A stretch of 64,000 nt of DNA from Podarcis erhardii. Its lineage: Eukaryota. The notes below the pieces were generated by a model that was not told the DNA's origin, ran no database searches, and worked only from the letters and a program-made list of their open reading frames with translations. Location of the stretch: assembly GCA_964252035.1 (NCBI GenBank), contig OZ176212.1, one strand, 5' to 3'. The position numbers were made by a program, and so were the translations under genes. Below are positions 1 to 25,800 of the stretch, one piece after another (the stretch's first letter is position 1; each line of letters opens with the position of its first letter).

Positions 1-769
1 ACATCTACAAACACACCACTTTTTTCTTTACTTTCCCCTATACAGTGTCTTGCTGCAGGGTGGGCAGGGTGCCCCCCCTCCATCCATTCTGCATACTTGC
101 AAATACTCTTCTTTATCTTACACACACACACAAAAAAACCACAAACACACAATTCCCATCCAGTCTGTCACATCAGACCCCTTCTCCTGCCTATAGCCCA
201 TTCCTTCCCTTGACAATCCATTGCATTGGTAGGTGTTTTAAACTGCATTTCCCATGTCGTTTTGCAAAGCTTGTTTTTTAAAAAAAAAAACAAAAATCCC
301 CAACTACCCTAAGACTAAAGCATATGATGGGACCAGGGCTTTTTTAAAAAAATGCAAAATTCTTCAACCTGCTATCTTTCCTTCCCCCTATTCACTATGT
401 ACACACTTAGAGGGAGATTTAGGAGACGTATATTCTATCCAACTTTCTACTTAAATATTGCAGATCAGAAATGCTTGTATCACCCCCTATTCCTATGTTA
501 TCAAGCCCCAATCTTTAGATCTGATTATCAGATGCCAGATCACTCTCTCTGGGTGTAAATACAAGCACAGACTGTGCAGCCAGTTTTCTCTTGCTAGACA
601 CAGGCGTTCAGCCCAAACAGATCAAGTCCATCCTTCATCGTCTATCGGATCTAATATATGTATTGCATATCAGATCTCTGCACCCTGCACCTCCCTTCCC
701 CGGTTCTCCATTGTCTCCACCTCCCTGCCTGCAACCCCCCCCCCTCTTCCCTTGCGCTCTCTCTCTCCT

Positions 770-896
770 TCCCTCCCTCCCTCCCTCCCTCTCTCTCCCT
801 CTCTCTCTAAGTCTGTGGGATCCCCCAATCGACCGCCTCTCATTCGCTGCGCTATCCCCCTCCCCACCGTTACCTGTTGACAGGAGCAGCACCCAG
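770..896 (+). promoter_or_regulatory. Candidate DOC2A promoter / non-coding first exon ending at donor CAG|GTAGGA (896/897)
   Basis: CT-rich tract, CCAAT-containing sequence and local CpGs, then a plausible donor and a G-rich intron start. The first coding exon has its own acceptor (CAG ending 4110), so an upstream non-coding exon is required. Exact TSS not determinable. Confidence 0.45.
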
Positions 897-3431
897 GTAG
901 GATGGGGGCAGAGGGTGAGGGGGGAGGTTGGGGTCCCGTGGGTGTGAGGATAAGGTGCAGGCACTACTTTGGGGGAAGGTGGGAAGACAGTTGTGGGGGG
1001 CAGGTTGGGGGGAAAGAGGGTGGGATGTGGGGTTCCAGGTTCTCGAGGAGTTTCTGAAGAAGTGGGGGAGTTGGAAGAGTTGCTTGAGAGGTCTTTTTGT
1101 GCATTGGGGTGGGGGGGCTAGTGCAATTTGGGGGAGGTTGGTGGGGGGTAGAAAAGGCAGCTTCTAGGGGCAGTTTTCAGGGTGTGGGGCTGGTGCAAGA
1201 TGGAATCACAGGGAAAGGGCAATTCAGGCATCTCTCTTGGAGTCCGGTGGGGAATTAAGGATGTATTTGGAAAGTATGGGGGGAGAAGTGAAGGGGTAAA
1301 TTGCTTAGAAGTGGGGTGGACGGTGTGGGAGAAGGGAATAAGTCAGGGGGGAGAGCAAGATGTTAGGTAATTACAGGTTATTTGCATTGATTTACATATG
1401 TGTGGGGCAGATTCTGGGCAGGAAGATCAGAGGGCAATTCTGAGAGTAGGTGAAACTGATTGAGAATTGACGAGTGAAGAGAGAAAAAAATCCACAGACA
1501 TAAAAGAAATAATAATAAAAAGACAACTCAATTTAGCAAACTCATTCTATTAATATCGGTTAATAATCCAATACCAATTAATTAAAAATAACCCTCGCAG
1601 GAACGCCGGTCTCTAAAGAAACTGTCATATCAAAATGCCATTATGCTTCTGGCGATGCAATTTCCTTATTCAATTAGAATCGGCTCACTACCACACACAC
1701 ACACACACAAAACCCAGCACAGTAAATGAATTCTACAGCTTTTGCCTGCGTGTCTACGGAGTTGTAAATCTTGCTGCTTGGCCCATCTACGTTCCATTAC
1801 AACATGACATCGATTTGTCAATGCTTCATTTAATGCCACTTCTAACACACTGTGGGGTTTCATAAAAACAAACAAAAAACAGAAGTCACTCGCCATGCGA
1901 GCCTATATTGCCTACTCAGGAGTAAGCCCCACTGAGTTTAGTGAGACTTACTCCCAGGTAAGTATGTGCAGGATTGCAGCCTCAGTGCATGGATGGACCT
2001 CTGAAGAGCTCAGTTCTGATGCTTCAGAGGAGGGGGGGGGGGGAAGAGCCACCAGTTTTGCCCGTTGCTCCTCACTCTGTAACTTTTGACTTTCGATAAA
2101 GGAACATAAAACTCATTTTTAAAAAGATGGACAGGAGAGAGCAGATTTCCTGCATAATGTGAACAGATGCAGCTGAAAGTTCTTCCTTGGTATTTTCCAG
2201 CAAAAGAGAGAGAAAAATCCACCATTAAGCCAAAACATTCTTTTCGGTTTTACTGGGAAAGTTTCCCTTCTTTAGAGAATGGGAAGCATATAGAAAATGG
2301 GAGCCAGCACAGGTCTTTGTGGTGCTCAGTTTACACCCACAACGTGTGAAGGAAGGTGAAATGTGTGGCTCTCTAAACAAACATTGGACTCAGGAACCAG
2401 CTGTAAGGAATCAGAAATCAGCCTGCCTGGTTAGAACACATTTAAGGGCTCTCTCTCTTAGGAAAACGATGACTGGGGAAGGGTCACAGTCAAAGAGCAT
2501 AAATTTACACTTGGTGTGGACAGAGAAAAATTCTCTCTCCCTCATAACACGTGAATTTGGGATTATCCAGTAAAATTGATGTGGAAAAGATCAGGGTACA
2601 GGAAACATTTCTTAACACGATGTGTAATTGGTTTATGGCATTTGTTGTCACAGGATGTAGTGGTTGTGGTCTGGGGCTTAGACCGCTTTAAAGGGGGATG
2701 AGAAAATTTCATGGGGGGTGTTGATTGTTCCCTCTAATAGTTAACTTGGGATTGGAGCCACTGAGGATAGAGGGGGGATTTTCACATGCTTGCAGAAGTA
2801 CCCCCACAAAAAAACTTTTGTAAAAATAAATAAATCCCTAGAGGGAGGGTGGGGAGGGCTTAAAATAATCCGTTAAGGGCTGAGCATGCTCAGTAACCAT
2901 GGAATTGTTGCTGCTGGCATCCTTCTGTCTCGAGAGACAATGGAGTGTGCCTTCAAACCCTTGCACTAGCAGCACCAAAGTGACCTCCCAGGAAACAAGC
3001 CTGAGCAGGGCATATGGAGGTCCTGGGCTGCCCCAGATGGCAAGATCCCTCTTTTGGCCTCATTGATGTGGTCCAAAGGAAAGCAGGGCAATAGGTTTGG
3101 CACCAGCTTGACTGCAGGAGATGCCGGAAGGTATACAAGGCACCACCCAACCATCTTAGGGATTCCTCTCTGGATTTGTGTAGGGTTTACTCCCTAGCCT
3201 TTTCGTCTCCTGAAGACATCCTGCAAAGCAGCAGAGGTTTGGGATCGGAGCTTTTCTTCTTCTAGATGGGCTACCTTCCCAGGTTGAGAAAATCAGAGGG
3301 TGGAATGGAGTGCCCTGGTGGGAGGCATGGCTGGCTAGCACCCTAAGCAGGAGTACTCTTGCTAGGTGAAGATTCACTGGAACACTTTGCTGTATGTCCC
3401 ACTCATTGATGGCTGTCAGTCAAGGTGGGCT

Positions 3432-3771
3432 GAAAAGGTAAAGGGACCCCTGACCATTAGGTCCAGTCGTGACTGACTCTGGGGTTGCGACGCTCATCTC
3501 GCTTTATTGGCTGAGGGAGCCGGCATACAGCTTCCGGGTCAAGTGGCCAGCATGACTAAGCCGCTTCTGGCAAACCAGAGCAGCGCACAGAAATGCTGTT
3601 TACCTTCCCGCCAGAGCGGTACCTATTTATCTACTTGCACTTTGACGTGCTTTTGAACTGCTAGGTTGGCAGGAGCAGGGAGCTCACCCCATCGCGGGGA
3701 TTCAAATCACCAACATTTTGATTGGCAAGTCCTAGGCTCTGTGGTTTAACCCACAGTACCACCCGCGTCCC
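3432..3771 (-). mobile_element. Sauria SINE, near full length
   Basis: Reverse complement of the GGGACGCGGGTGG...ACCTTT-tailed element also seen at 5320, 31031 and 37724. Confidence 0.85.
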
Positions 3772-4077
3772 AAGGTGGGCTAAATGGAACCACAATAGTC
3801 AGAAGAGGCACAATGCCCCTGACTACTACCTGCTAGGAGTTTGCTAAGGGTGCTGGGAATTGTAGCTCTGTGGTGGGTGAACCACAGTTCCCAGGATTCT
3901 GTGGGGGAAGTAATGTGCTTTAAATACATGGTGTGTGCGCATCCTTCAACCGCTGCACAAACCTGGGCACACTTACCTGAGAGCGACGGCCCCATGAAAC
4001 TTACCGTACTTCTGAGTAATTAGACATAGAATTGTGTTCCACATCAGCCTACATCTGGTCTCACGGTGGAATAATGA

Positions 4078-16014
<11,937 letters not shown>

Positions 16015-16949
16015 GAAGCCACCTCAATTGCCTATATAGAGTTGCATCCTCCCACCTTGCCTGCCTGCCAAAAAAAAGGGAGGGGCACAGCACCAGGGGC
16101 CCCTCCTTTGCACGAGGATGTTTGCACGTTTTGAAAATTACTTGTCGTTGGTGTCCATTTATATTACGCTCTAGGGAAGGGCTTAAATGGAATGAATCGC
16201 CTCTTCTGGTTCCGTGTGTTTTAAGGCATTGGGAAGTGGGAGGTGGTCATAGCCGAGTGGAGGAGCCCAGGAAGAACAGGAGGAGCCCAGGAAGACACTT
16301 GTAGAAAAAGAATTTGAATCAATGAAAAGTCACAGAAATAATTATCCGTCCTCTTCCTCTCTTAACACCTGTCTTTCCAAGCTGTCCATCACTCAGAAAT
16401 CCCACTACTTTCAAACCAAGGCTTAGCTTGGATTTTAAAGGACAAGATATTTGCTGGCACACAAAATTTGAAGCATCGGTTTTGAGTTCTTTTTCTTTTT
16501 TAAAGCATGTTAAAAACCCACTTCTCCATATAGAATTTCTTTCAGCGGTCCAAAATATATTTCACTCTGCTTTCCACACCAGCTCCTTTCCCTGTTCAAC
16601 TTAACCTCAGAGTGCCAAATAGAATTTATACTCCTGAACTGCTGGGGGGGGGGGGGGACGACGACGGACTCTTGTTTATTGTCTCTGGAACTTCCTGCAT
16701 GGATTATAGGGGCATTCATCTGGCACACTTCTTCCTGCTAACTCATTTTTAGAGGCCTGACAAAACTGTTTATCCCTTGTTAAGAGACTCTGCAGTCTCT
16801 CTTGTTACAAACAAGGCTGACCCCACCACCACCCAAGCAGTTTTAAAAACAAGGTTGCAGGAAATTATTGTGCTGTTAATTCTTGCTTCCATTTCTGTCA
16901 GAAAGCTCAAATCACTGGAGGCGATCCAGATGCAGGGAGCAATCTTAAC

Positions 16950-18480
16950 AGCGGGCTGCCCAGCCTCTTCTTAAAAGACTTCCAGGAAGGGAGAGCACCT
17001 CATCTCTGGGCAACTGGGTCCCCATTGTGGAACTGCTATTTCTATGAAAAAGTTTCTCCTAATCTTCAGCCAACACCTGCTCTTCCTGTAACTTAAGCCC
17101 ATCACATCCAGTGACAGTTCTGCACTCTGGTGCAGCAGATCAAGTCTTCTATGTAAGACCCCTTTAGGTATCTGAAAGGTGCTTTCTTCTCCAGGCTAAA
17201 CATACCCAGTTCCTTCAACCTTTCCTCATAGGGATTGTTTTCCATACATTTAACCACCTTCACTGCCCTTCTCTGAACCCATTCCAGCTTGTCTATATCA
17301 TTCTTATAGTGTAGCATCCACAAATGGACAAAGTACCCCGGATGAAGTCCAACTAGCACAGAATAAAGTGGAACTATTACTTCTCATGTCTTGGAAATGA
17401 CGGCTGTATTAATGCCACCTAAAATTGTATGAGTCTTACGCAGTACTACTGGCTCATGTTCAGCTCAAGATCAACTTAATTTTTACTGCTGCTTCCACCC
17501 TATACCTGTGCACTTGATTATGGCCATGATTATTTTGCCTAAATGCAAAACTCTGCATTTGTTTCTGTTGAATCTCATTTTGCTTCCATCCAGTTTCCCA
17601 TGCTATCTTTTCCTAGTTCATAGCATTTAATCAGCTTGCAAATCACATTATCATGGGGGACACTATTAGGTGTTTTGCTGAAACCAAGATCATTGCATTC
17701 ACAGTCGTTCTTCAATCCACTAAACTAGTAACTTGATTTTATATTTCCTTCCCTCCCTCACACACACAGTATATATAGACACACATTTATTCTTTGTAAT
17801 CCGTGCAGGCTTCTGCTAACTATTGCATTGCTACCAAGGTGCTTGCAAACTGACTCCCTTGAAATCTATTCTAGTTATCTTCCCTAGCACTGAAGTCAGA
17901 TAGACTCATTTCACAGATCCTCCTTTTCAAGATCTGGAACAATTGCCTTCAGCCCTGTGGCACTTCACCTGTTCTCCGGGATCTCCCAAAGATGATTAAG
18001 ACAGAAGTTATGAGAGTACACCAGTGAGTTCCTTTAAGTACCCTCTAGGATTCAATTCATCTGGTCCTTGAGACGAAGCAATTTCAGGTAGTGAGGCATT
18101 TCCTGATGAAAGTTCTTGCCAATCTCAAACAGAAGCTCTGGCCACACTACTCGTGTGCTGACTATGCTACTTATGGAAGATGGAACACAATTTCCCTTTG
18201 TGGGGGCAAGACAAGAGGCAAAAGAGCAACTGAGCAATCCAGCCTTCTGTGCCACCTGTTAATATTTCACCATCCTTACTGAGAAACAGCCCTAGTGCCC
18301 TTCCTCTTCCTTCAAACACACCTTTTTATTGTTCTTGGTAGCACTCGCCAGATCTTCTGCTCTCCCAGCAAATCTGGACTACGCAATCCTAGTGGCCTGC
18401 CCTTCCATTTCTTATACAGTACATGCCTTTTTTAAATCTTCAGCTCATTAGGCTTTTCTACAGCTGCTCTGGCTTTAAGG
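16950..18480 (-). mobile_element. Degenerate CR1 LINE (RT C-terminus and 3' UTR)
   Basis: ORF 17102-17359 contains DIDKLEWVQRRAVK...YEERLKELGMFSLEK, the CR1 ORF2 C-terminal signature. Boundaries approximate. Confidence 0.8.
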
Positions 18481-19858
18481 GAAAAAAGGTCCCATTTCCC
18501 TCTCTCACTGGCTTGTTTGAGATGGCTCCCGTTTTCTTCTCTCATTGGAATAGTGCCTTTAGTAACTCCTTTCGGGATTTATCCTGGTCAATGCTGCAAA
18601 TTCTGATGGAGAGTCATGGGAACAGGCAGTGGGCATAAGCCAGGGAGACTTATGTGTCCATCACACACTTCCAGGCCTGGCCTGGCCATACTTTTAGACA
18701 GGGTAGGAAGGCCTGCCACAAGCAACTGTGTTTGTGGTACCATTAAGGGCAGCACATTGTCATGTATTTAACTTTATGTTCTTTTAGTAACATATTTGGG
18801 GGGCCCATTTGACCTGTCCACATCGGGCGCAAAACCATATGTATCCATCTCAGCTAGACACACTTGTTTCCCCATCAAACATTTCAGTTGTCCATCAGAA
18901 GACATTCAGTACCCAAGTGACACACCCATTTGCTGGGTAAAATGTGAATCAGCTCTTAGAAAGGCAGAGTCTTCCATCTATCCTTTTGAGCAAATGTTTG
19001 CAGCTAGGCAAGAATTTGGCATTTGCTCTTACCTTAAAAGTCCTGTCACTGAGGCATGAATCACAACATTTTTTGTCCAGTTTCTAAAGATTACTGTGTG
19101 TGCGCGCACTTATATTTGTAACGACGGGATGGTTTCTTGTATACATCCTACTACCACTTTAAAATATCTGTAGCAAAAATAATAATAAAAACATCGCAAC
19201 AAGTAGCAAAATTTGGGTGCTTACTAGAAACCATCTAGTAAAATATATATATTTTAAAACACTGGTGATCTTTCTATTTTATGTAAAACAATCCCCAAGT
19301 GGGTTTTGAAGGATAAACTCCACAAAGAAATTTCATAAGCAGATTGACTTCAAATGTTTACATGTGCAGCGAAAACCTCTCCTAGTCCTTAAAAACGTTC
19401 ACTTTTTTCTCCCCTCAGGAGATTTCCAGCACTTTTTCAGAGTTCCCTGCCTTTAAAGGGATTTTTTCTTTTGTAGTTTAAAAAAAAAAAGAAGATTCTT
19501 CCCACCTCGTAAAGGGATGCACTTTTTCACAAAGATTTTTCTTAATCAATACAGTTTGTAGATGAAGGTACATGACTGAAGAGAATCAAGAAACCTCTGG
19601 CCTCAGCAGGAGGCAACTTCTTCTAAGGGCTCGTGGGGTTTAGGAGAAGAGGGAAGTTTGGGGTGGGGGTTTGGGGGAGGGTATGTGTAGAAACTGCAAC
19701 TGGAATTTTTTATATATATAAAAAATCCCATTTATTGACTGGTTTGCATGTTTTTTGGAGTCTGTAAACAAAATAAAAATAAAAATTGTGGGGCGCAATC
19801 CCCACACACACCACTGCGAGGCCTGTGTCCTTTGAGCAGAGAGAACCGCTTGCCACTG

Positions 19859-22800
19859 TCACTCGGGAATGTCGATTACCAATTCATCGTCACCATCCAG
19901 GGGGTCTTCGCCACTTCCCTCCCCGGTGTCACTGAACATCTGGTGGGGCACTGTACTGAGGATGGTGGGCGGCGGCAGCTTGGGGGTCCCGCGGGGCGAA
20001 GGGAAGGGCAACCCCACCACCACAGAAGAACAGTCAGAGTGGGAGGTGGGGGGCAGCGGGAGCTGCAGTGGGGAAAAGAACAAGAAATTGTGGGTGGGAG
20101 AGTGAGCCAGGCAGCGCCAAACCTCCTCCTGCTGCATTGCATTCTCTAGTCCCACACAGAAAGGAGCAGCACGTTGCCCACCCCCGTACAAAATGGCAGA
20201 ATTTTGCGGAAATTTCCTTCCACCCAGAGTAACACTGTACTTATTTTAGCCTGCCCAAGCCCATAACACTTGACCTCTCTTCTAGAACTTTCCATGCTTG
20301 CTACCGAGAGCTTAGCTTTTATCCAGGATGTGTAATTTACAGGGTGGGTCTGCAATGTTGTACGTAGCACTGAGTCCCATCCAAGAGAACCTCCTCTTTC
20401 TGCCATGCCCCACATCGTTTTCTTCTTAAAATGCCTCTGTGTCTTTTGGCTAAAAAGGTGCCGTATTGATGGGTTCAAACAATCCCCCAGAACAAACAAA
20501 AATTGTCCTGTGAGGGAAAGTGAAATTTCCCAGCGGGTTGCTCAGAAGAACCCTCCACAATTCCCAGGGTTCCCTGGAGAGAAGCCATGATACCACAGAG
20601 GTTCAAAATGAGTTTTAAGTTTGCAGTGTAGTTGCAGCTTCATTGCTTTTCTATGTTTTTATGCCCTACTGTGTTCAATGAGAATAATTCAATCTACATG
20701 TGCATAGAAAACATCACAATGTGTATGCGTGTGTGTATAGAGAGAGAGAGAGAGAGAGAGAGAAACACACCCAACATTATATTCTATTCTCCCCACCCCC
20801 AAATTATATTGAAATACAGCAATATGAGCCCCAAATTTAATTCAGTCCCCTACATTCAGACTTCAACCTGTCCACTTAGTGGATTGCAGACACCCTCCAC
20901 CCCCCCACCCCACCCCCCGACACAATCTAGATGGTACCTTGAGCTTGCGGGGCCTTTGGGGCCGCCTGGCAGAGCGGGTGGCGTTGGCATCAGGTTGGGG
21001 GGGCCCAGGCTCAGGCTCTAGTGCCAGGTAGTCAGAGGGGAAGGGAGCATAAGGGGGTGAAGCCAGCTGGGTGGGAAAGGGGTGGAGGCGGGGTGGGGAG
21101 ATGGAATAAGAAATCAAAGTATGAATGATGAGCATGCAAGCCCCAGAAAGGGGTTCCGAGTAAGAAGCCACACACATATAATTTGAGAAATCTATGCCTG
21201 TAAGCTTGAGCTGGCCAAGCATCACCACTGACCGTCTTAAGATCAGACCAGAAGGCCACCCAATCCAGCCCCCTCCCAGCAACTCGTGTTCAGAGGTAGC
21301 GTGCCTCTGAATCTGGAGGTTCTACATAGCCGTAGCAGCTAAGTAGCTTTTGGCAGACCTCTCCCCCTCTGCAGATTTGTCTAAACTTTTCTGAAAGCCA
21401 CCTGAGCTAGTTGCCATCACACCCCAGCGGCAGGGGACTCCATAAGCCATGGCACGTTTTGTGAAGTAATATTTTCTTGGGTTGATGCTGAATCTCCTCT
21501 CCATCATTTTTACTGGGTGAGCCCAAGTTGTAGTATTATGAAAGGGGAGGGGAAAGTCTCTCTCCACCTTCTCCACTCCACGTGTCATTTTATAAATCTC
21601 TTACCACAGCCTTCCCCATATTGGTGCCTGCCGGAAGTTTCAGATGACAAGTCCCATCAGGCCCAGACTTGGTTAGTCACCCCCCTCCACCCACCCCCCT
21701 AAAAGGCATAAAATTTTAGCCCTTCCTTGGTAGAGGAGGGGTTCCCAGTTTCTTGATCATTTTGGCTACCCTTTTCAAGCAAAGGTCAAGCCTTCGTTGA
21801 AATGGGCCTTCTCCTCTTTGAGGGGACCAGATGTACATACAAAACATGACTGACTACCCAAACACATAGCTCAGACCCAAACACTGCATGGGTGTGCATT
21901 ATTATACAAGGTGTAGGTAACTAAACATCACCCCACCCCACCCCGCATACCAGTATGACGAACTCACTTCTCCCAACATATTATGCTATCTCTGGCCAAG
22001 GCGGTGAGAGGTTCCATTTCATGTCTATATAGCATGTTAGCAGCCACAAATAAATGCTGTAATAGAAAATAATGAAGCGAAATGGAGGTGGTATGGGGAG
22101 GAGAGGGTGAGGAACAGCCTTGGGCGTTCTGACATCCATATCCAATGTCAGTTCTGTCCTTGAAGTTAGGGAAGCCATTTTGAGAGAGAGGCCCAGAGTA
22201 CTTGTGGCCATAATGAGAAATGGTTATCCTGCCAAACTCAGCAGCAGTACCAAAGACACCAGAGTGACCATTTTGAATGCTGGCCAAGAATCTTAGCCAG
22301 AGTGGGCAATGGCATTCAAGCGTCTGTCAGCGCAGCCATGGTGGACAGTACACAAGATGAGCGCCTTTGTTTCGTCTTGGCCTAGGAAAGCAATGGGAAC
22401 TTCATTGCCACTCTAATCCCTGACACCATTGCCTCATCTCTATGGTAGGCCATGTTAAAGGCCAGGTTAGCTCAACTAAAACCTAGCCAAACCATCTCTG
22501 ATGTTTGAAAGGGACCTTATCCAAGGCCATATTTACCCCACACGTTTAAAGGTCTAGGATGACACTTGGAATAGTCATGGCTTCTTCCCCCAAAGAATTC
22601 TGGGAGTTTTGTTAAGGGTGCCGAGAGTTCTTAGGGAGCCCCCTATTCCCCCCTCAGAGCTACAATTCCCAGGGTGGTTTAACAGTCAATCCCTCTTTCC
22701 AGGGATCTCTATCCCTATCTCTCAGTGCTTTAAACCTACGGGGCAAAGGTGGCCCAAGTCTTTTCCTAGTTCACAGCATTTGAAGGCAGTGCCTGCAAGG

Positions 22801-25800
22801 TTTGACTTGAGCAGCCCTATCCTACCCTGTCTTTTTACCCAGACAGAAATGGAGTTACTCACAGAGGTCAAGTAGGGAGATGGCGTCCCTGAAGCCGGGA
22901 GCCCAAAGCCGGAAGTTGGCTGGAGGGAAAGGCCTGAAGACGAAGGGGATGAAGCGCTGCCAAGCTGCGGACTTTGTTTTCTGTGGGTAGAAGGAGAAAG
23001 GAGTTGCCATGCGGATGAAAAGTTGACACGAGTGCAAGCCACAAGGCCAGAGCACCTACAGGCATGGCTTGCGCATGGTGCCAAAGAAATCATACTGAGT
23101 GGCTCAGTTTACACGTCACACATCTACCCTGTACGTGCCTATCATTACTCAATTACAATTGGATTTATATCCCACCTTTCCCTTTAAAGAAACCCAGGGT
23201 GTCAAAATAGTGAATACTTTTTTGTATTCTAAAAAATAAAATAAAATTCAGAGTTGCCAGAAACAGTGTCTTTCAACTATCAAATGTTCAGGTAAAATTT
23301 CTCCTGGAAGTCAATACTGAGGGAGGGAGACACACCTCACCAGAGAGGGCATTTCACAGACTGGGAATGGCCTCTAGAAAGACCCATCATGGGTCAACAC
23401 CAACCAGGCAGCCCCCAGTGGCAGCAGCACCACCACCAAGGCTATATCTGCTGATCATGTCTGCTCCCCACTTGTACTGGGAGGAAAGAAGACAGAAATA
23501 AATACTGGTTTGGTTTGTTACGTATTATGTGTTCTCATTTGCATTTTTATGCTGTAAACCTCCCTGCAATCTTCGGATGGAGGACAGTATATAAATGAAA
23601 TAAATGAACTTGAAAAAAACAAAAGCCATGATAGCTGGCACAGGGTTCAGTCCAACCTTGGGATTAGGGTTTGTTTTGCTCCAAAAAAACCACCACCAGT
23701 AAGCCAAGAACAACAAAACCTGTTGGGAACGAAGAAAGCTACAGTCCACGGTTCAGGAATAACACAAAGCAAGGAATAACTGTTTATGTTTCATCCCAGT
23801 ATGTCTGGGGTAGGGGAAAGCAGGGGTGATTTGCTCATGCACCGTAATGTGTGGTTTATGGCTTACTGTGGCATGCAATGGACGATCAGCAAAACAGACA
23901 TCTTTGCTTCCTGTAAAGATCACCCCCTTGCATGTACAGTGGTACCTCGGGTTACAGACGCTTCAGGTTACAGATGCTTCAGGTTACAGACTCCGCTAAC
24001 CCAGAAATAGTACCTTGGGTTAAGAACTTTGCTTCAGGATGAGAACAGAAATCGTGCAGCGGTGGTGCGGCGGCAGTGGGAGGCCCCATTAGCTAAAGTG
24101 GTGCTTCAGGTTATGAACAGTTTCAGGTTAAGAACAGACCTCCAGAACAAATTAAGTTATTAACCCGAGGTACCACTGTACATAAAAATGGCCCTGCAAA
24201 GTCATGTAGGAAAACAACATGTGCTCTTTTTTGCTTCCTAAAAAGGGAGAGCATTTTGAAAACTGGCTGAACTTGGCCAAGCAGAAGGATTCTGCCCATT
24301 GGCAGGGCCCACAGGATATATCATCCCGTGGTTGGTGGCACTGATCCTCACCCTTCATCTTGGAGACCAGGGTTCACACACTCACCTCTTTAGGGACTGT
24401 GGCTCTGCCCCCTTGGGGACCTCCCCATCACTATTGTCAGAGGAGGCTGTTGCCTCTGAGTCTGAAATGAAAAATTAGTTTCAGTCAGATCTGAATGCCA
24501 ACATTCGGCTGAGGAACTCAGGTACCTAACATACATGGGGGTAATTTTATCCATACAACACCCTTGCGAGGCAGGTTAGGCCGAGAGACACAATTTGGGC
24601 AAGATTATCCCATAACCTTCAAGGCTGAGTGGTGGATTTGAACTCGTGTCTTCCCAGCCTAAACTCATGCTGCTTCACTGATTCATGTGACCATCTCCTA
24701 GCGCAAGAGCTCTTGCCCCAGATCCTCCTCATTTTGGGCCTCAAACTGCAGACATTTAGGATTAAGCTATAATGTCCTTTCAAATGACTTTTAGCTACCA
24801 GTCTTTCTACCACCACATTTATTGAATTATATGCTACCATGACATAATCATGACACTGCTTTGTTATTTTGGAGAAGGCCGTTACTGCTGCTGTGGAAAC
24901 AACATTTCATTTTCTTCCACTTCTTTGCACATGTCCAAGACAGTGTGGGTGGGATACCCTTCCCAAAGCAAACAACCAGAAGAAAGTCGTGAGCCTTGAA
25001 TTACCTGATGATTCTTCATCCACGTTCTCATACTGGAGCAGGCGATCAAGCAGAAAACTGGAAAACAGGAAACGATCAGGAGGAGAGGAAGTCACAATCT
25101 CAAATGCAACACTTAATTTCTAAGCGGAGAATGTCTGAAGCCAGCACTCTGCCACCCGCCTCAGAAGCCCTGCTCTTCAAACCCAAGTGGCACAGAGATT
25201 GCACCAGAAATTTCAGCAGCAGAAGAAAGGCACTCTGCACGTACACTGAGGCACTTTTCTCTATTTTTAGGGCTCAAAGTCTCAAATTCTGCTCTGGTAT
25301 TGAAAACAAAGTCTGGATCTCAATGCTGGACATCTTTGACATAAACTAAGTCCTGCTGCCACCTCAGATATCCTGTTCCTGCTCCCTCCCCACCATTTAT
25401 GGAACAGTCACCTTTTCAAGGCAAAGCTCGCCTGCAACATTATTAGCAGCTTTTCAGGCAGAAACCAAACAGGTACAGTTTTCCCTATCATGAGATGCAT
25501 TGATTTTCCCCTGTCACATGGCTTTTAAGGATCCAGGAACCCTGCCAAAAAAAAAGATGGCAACCCTATCTATTATTTATTTGTTTGTAGAATTGATATC
25601 CCACCCTTCATCACTAAAAGATTTCATTTCTCCCGTACCAGGCCCACAAGCATCTCTCAGTGTCAGCGCCACAACCTCCCCCATCATCTCCCCATTCTGC
25701 ACCCCCTCTGCCCTTCTCTATCGCATCAGCTCACCTTTTATCCCGTGAAACTTTTAAGAGTTTCCTTTGCGCTTTTCTCAGTTCTTCCTGGAAACATTCT

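Noticed and set aside
1905-1982. CCCAG|GTAAGT strong donor after an ATG, a possible DOC2A upstream exon
   Set aside because: It lies in a short semi-palindromic sequence (GAGTAAGCCCCACTGA...GACTTACTC) resembling a common squamate interspersed repeat; no independent support.
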